NCBI GenBank assembly: GCA_040752575.1
Contig: JBFMGK010000001.1
Coordinates: forward strand, 1-28,479
From: Candidatus Bipolaricaulota bacterium
GTDB lineage: Bacteria > Bipolaricaulota > Bipolaricaulia > UBA7950 > UBA9294
DNA: 28,479 nt
Direction: 5' to 3'
Position numbers and translations under genes: made by a program. The notes under the pieces were generated by a model. It searched no databases, was not told the origin of the DNA, and saw nothing but the letters and a program-made list of their open reading frames with translations. Shown here piece by piece: positions 25,871 through 28,479 of the stretch; position 1 is the stretch's first letter, and the number at the start of each line of letters is the position of its first letter.

Positions 25871-27393
25871 AAAGCCTGGCGCGCGACGTTCTCCTGATGG
25901 CCGCCGCAACCGGTGTCTCGAGAGTGCTTGGGCTTGTGCGAGACGCCTCGATCGCCCACGGCTTCGGCGCCTCGGCCGTCTATGATGCCTTCCTCATCGC
26001 GTTCTACATTCCCCAGTTCCTGCGCCAGTTGCTCGCCGAGGGCGCGCTGTCCACCGCGTTCGTGCCGCTTTATGCCGGGCGCCGCGAACGCGGCGCCGGG
26101 GACGCGGATGACTTCGCCAGCAACGTCCTGTCCCTTCTTCTGGTGCTGTTCCCGATCGTCTGCGCGGCCGGCATCGCGCTCGCCCCGTGGTACGTTCCGT
26201 TTCTCGCCAGCGGTTTTGCGCGCGACAAGATGGACTTGACGGTGCGCCTTGCCCAGTGGCTCTTCCCGTCGATCGCCCTCGTGGGTTTCGGCGCGGTGTT
26301 CATGGGGGTCCTCAACGCCCGCGGCCGCTTCTTCTCCGCATCCTTCTCCCCGGTCTGGTTCAACGTCGGCATGATCCTCGGAGCGCTCGTTCTCGCTCCC
26401 CACTGGCCGGGACCGCCGGTCTTCGGCCTCGCGGTCGGCGTGCTGATCGGTTCCGCGGCCCAGACCCTCTCGCAGCTTCCCTCTCTGCGCCGCTCGACCT
26501 TCCGCTTTGCCTTCCGGCTCGCACCCCTACATCCCGACGTCTCCGTCTTGGCCCGGCGGATGCTGCCTGCCGTCGCAGTGCTCGCCGTGGCCGAGATCAA
26601 CTTGCTCGTCGACAACAAGCTGGCTTCGTACCTCCCCGATGGCAGCATTGCCTCGCTGCAGTACGCGATGCGCCTGTTCCAGCTCCCGATCGGTGTCTTT
26701 GCCGTGAGCCTGGCCACCGCACTGCTCCCACGCCTCGCCACCGACAACGTGCGGGGCGACCAGGATCACTTCCGAAGAAGCCTTGGAGACGGCCTCGCGA
26801 CGGCCGCCCTCGTGCTCGTGCCCGCCGCTGCGGGACTCGCGTTGCTCGGACCCGACATCCTCCGCTGGCTGTTTGAGCGCGGGAGCTTCATGCCGGACGA
26901 CACAGTTCGCACAGCCGGCGTTCTGGTCTGCTACGCCGTCGGCCTGTTGCCCTATGGATGGGTCTATCTGGCCTCGCGCGCCGCGTACGCATTGGGTCGC
27001 ACGGGGTTGCCCCTCGCGGCGGCGTTCGGCTCGGTCACAACCAACGTCGCGCTGGACCTCTTGCTGGTCGGACCGCTCGGCGCGCGCGGCCTCGCCCTCG
27101 CAACGGCCGCCGCTGGAGCCGTGAACGCCGCGGTCCTGCTCGTTCTACTCCGCGGACGGATCTCGTGGCGTCATGCCCCTCTTCGCGTGGGCTTGATCGC
27201 TGCCGGGACGCTGGCGATGTGCGGCGCCGTGGTTGCAGTTCGCGCCGCGCTATCGAGCAGTTCGCCGGCGATCCTCGTCCTCGCGACCACGGCCACCGGG
27301 CTTGCCGTCTATGCAGCCTTCGTGCGCGTAACCCCCCTGTGGCATCTCGTCCGGGCGGTCGCTCGACCTGACCGCGCAGCGTCAGCGAGCTAG
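25867..27393 (+). CDS. murJ: Lipid II flippase MurJ (MviN)
   Basis: SRVLGLVRD, DAFLIAFYIPQFLRQLLAEGALSTAFVP, YAMRLFQLPIGVF, LFERGSF and GLALATA. Multi-TM profile. Confidence 0.95.
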   Translation: MKSLARDVLLMAAATGVSRVLGLVRDASIAHGFGASAVYDAFLIAFYIPQFLRQLLAEGALSTAFVPLYAGRRERGAGDADDFASNVLSLLLVLFPIVCAAGIALAPWYVPFLASGFARDKMDLTVRLAQWLFPSIALVGFGAVFMGVLNARGRFFSASFSPVWFNVGMILGALVLAPHWPGPPVFGLAVGVLIGSAAQTLSQLPSLRRSTFRFAFRLAPLHPDVSVLARRMLPAVAVLAVAEINLLVDNKLASYLPDGSIASLQYAMRLFQLPIGVFAVSLATALLPRLATDNVRGDQDHFRRSLGDGLATAALVLVPAAAGLALLGPDILRWLFERGSFMPDDTVRTAGVLVCYAVGLLPYGWVYLASRAAYALGRTGLPLAAAFGSVTTNVALDLLLVGPLGARGLALATAAAGAVNAAVLLVLLRGRISWRHAPLRVGLIAAGTLAMCGAVVAVRAALSSSSPAILVLATTATGLAVYAAFVRVTPLWHLVRAVARPDRAASAS

Positions 27394-28478
27394 TCGGCGC
27401 ATACGCACGACGCGGCGGCCGCGCGGGCCCAAGCGTCAACGCGCCGGACGACCTCAAGATCGGTCGCTTCGCGTTCGTGGATCTCGTCATCCCAGCGCCT
27501 CAGGATCTCGGCAACACCCTGAGCGATCCCGCCGAATCGGATCTCGTTGCGAAGGAACCGGCTCACGAGCACCTCGTCGGCTGCGTTCACGGCAGCCAGC
27601 GCCGTCCCGCCACGACCCGCGGCATCGAGCACCGTGGCGAAGGCGGGAAAGCGGTCGGCCGGAACGGCGCGGAACTCAAGCGCTCCGGTCGCTGCAAGAT
27701 TCAGCCGCGGCAATCCCGTGGACAGGCGCTCAGGGTAGGTCAGCGCGTACTGAATCGGAATCCTCATATCGTGGTTCGCCATCTGGGCAATCACGGACCC
27801 GTCGACGTACTCGACGAGCGAGTGTACGATCGACGAGGGGTGGATCAGGACATCGATCCGCTCGTATGGGAAGCCGTACAGGTAGTGCGCCTCGACGACC
27901 TCGAACGCCTTGTTGACAAGGGTCGCCGAATCGACCGTGATCCGCGCCCCCATGTTCCATGTCGGGTGGCGCAGGGCTTGAGAGGCGTCGGCCTTCTCGA
28001 TGGCATCGAGATCGTGCTCCAAGAAGGGGCCTCCCGAAGCGGTCAGCAGCAGTCGATCGACGTCTTCGCGGCGTCCGGCATCCAGCGCCTGCAAGAGCGC
28101 GCTGTGCTCGCTGTCGATTGGCAGAATGCGCCCGCCGCCCGAGGCGAGCGCGCGAGCCACGAGCGCGCCGCCGACCACGAGGCTCTCTTTGTTCGCGAGG
28201 GCGACGGTTCGCCCCGCTTCGAGCCCCGCAAGCGTCGCAGCGAGTCCCGCCGCGCCGACCACCGCGTTCACGACGACGTCCACGTCATCCCGCGACGCAA
28301 GCTCCGAAGCCGCATCGTCTCCACACACGACGTCGACTTCGGGGCATAGCGCTCGCAGCCACGCCCCGTCGGCCTGCGATCGAAGGGCGGCCCAGCGCGG
28401 CTTGACGGCCCGGATCTGCCGGGCGAGGAGTTCGCGACTCGTTCCTGCGGCGAGACCAACCACCTCGAACCGTCTCCC
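27390..28478 (-). CDS. dxr: 1-deoxy-D-xylulose-5-phosphate reductoisomerase (5'-partial)
   Basis: FEVVGLAAG, NAVVGAAGL, ALANKESLV, PIDSEHSA, LTASGGPF, HPTWNMGARITVDSATLVNK, DMRIPIQYAL and NAADEVLV. The frame is open to the window edge. Confidence 0.96.
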   Translation of the reverse strand, partial: GRRFEVVGLAAGTSRELLARQIRAVKPRWAALRSQADGAWLRALCPEVDVVCGDDAASELASRDDVDVVVNAVVGAAGLAATLAGLEAGRTVALANKESLVVGGALVARALASGGGRILPIDSEHSALLQALDAGRREDVDRLLLTASGGPFLEHDLDAIEKADASQALRHPTWNMGARITVDSATLVNKAFEVVEAHYLYGFPYERIDVLIHPSSIVHSLVEYVDGSVIAQMANHDMRIPIQYALTYPERLSTGLPRLNLAATGALEFRAVPADRFPAFATVLDAAGRGGTALAAVNAADEVLVSRFLRNEIRFGGIAQGVAEILRRWDDEIHEREATDLEVVRRVDAWARAAAASCVCAD

Positions 28479-28479
28479 G

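Noticed and set aside
1..28479. CRISPR array, prophage, IS or defence system
   Set aside because: I saw no regularly spaced repeats, recombinase, transposase or phage genes, and no obvious compositional shift.

Overview
GC-rich (roughly two-thirds G+C by eye), gene-dense bacterial chromosomal segment made up almost entirely of housekeeping genes: prmC (5'-partial), ftsE/ftsX-like pair, a UPF0104/LPG-synthase-type membrane protein, pncC (CinA-C), nth, DUF296, fmt-def, recG, pyrH-tsf-rpsB, dnaB, gcvH-gcvPA-gcvPB, glmM, two exported envelope proteins, polA, ruvC, DUF177, folP, rplI, an exported NAGPA-like protein, murJ and dxr (5'-partial). I see no transposase, integrase, phage gene, CRISPR array, tRNA or rRNA. 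The divergent proteins and scrambled gene order suggest a deep-branching, probably diderm lineage; Bipolaricaulota/Acetothermia is my guess and cannot be proven from this window. The features most worth follow-up are: (1) a 330-nt spacer between convergent recG and pyrH, the only large non-coding stretch, which folds on the + strand into a multi-helix structure closed by a 13-bp stem (candidate novel ncRNA or MITE); (2) an FtsE lacking the ABC signature and His switch; (3) a NAGPA-fold protein coupled to murJ whose family motifs are eroded; (4) a CsgG/FlgT-like protein with an inserted FlgD-Ig domain; (5) recurrent leaderless-type promoters; (6) a possible AUC start for rplI. I cannot show a complete new multi-gene system here.
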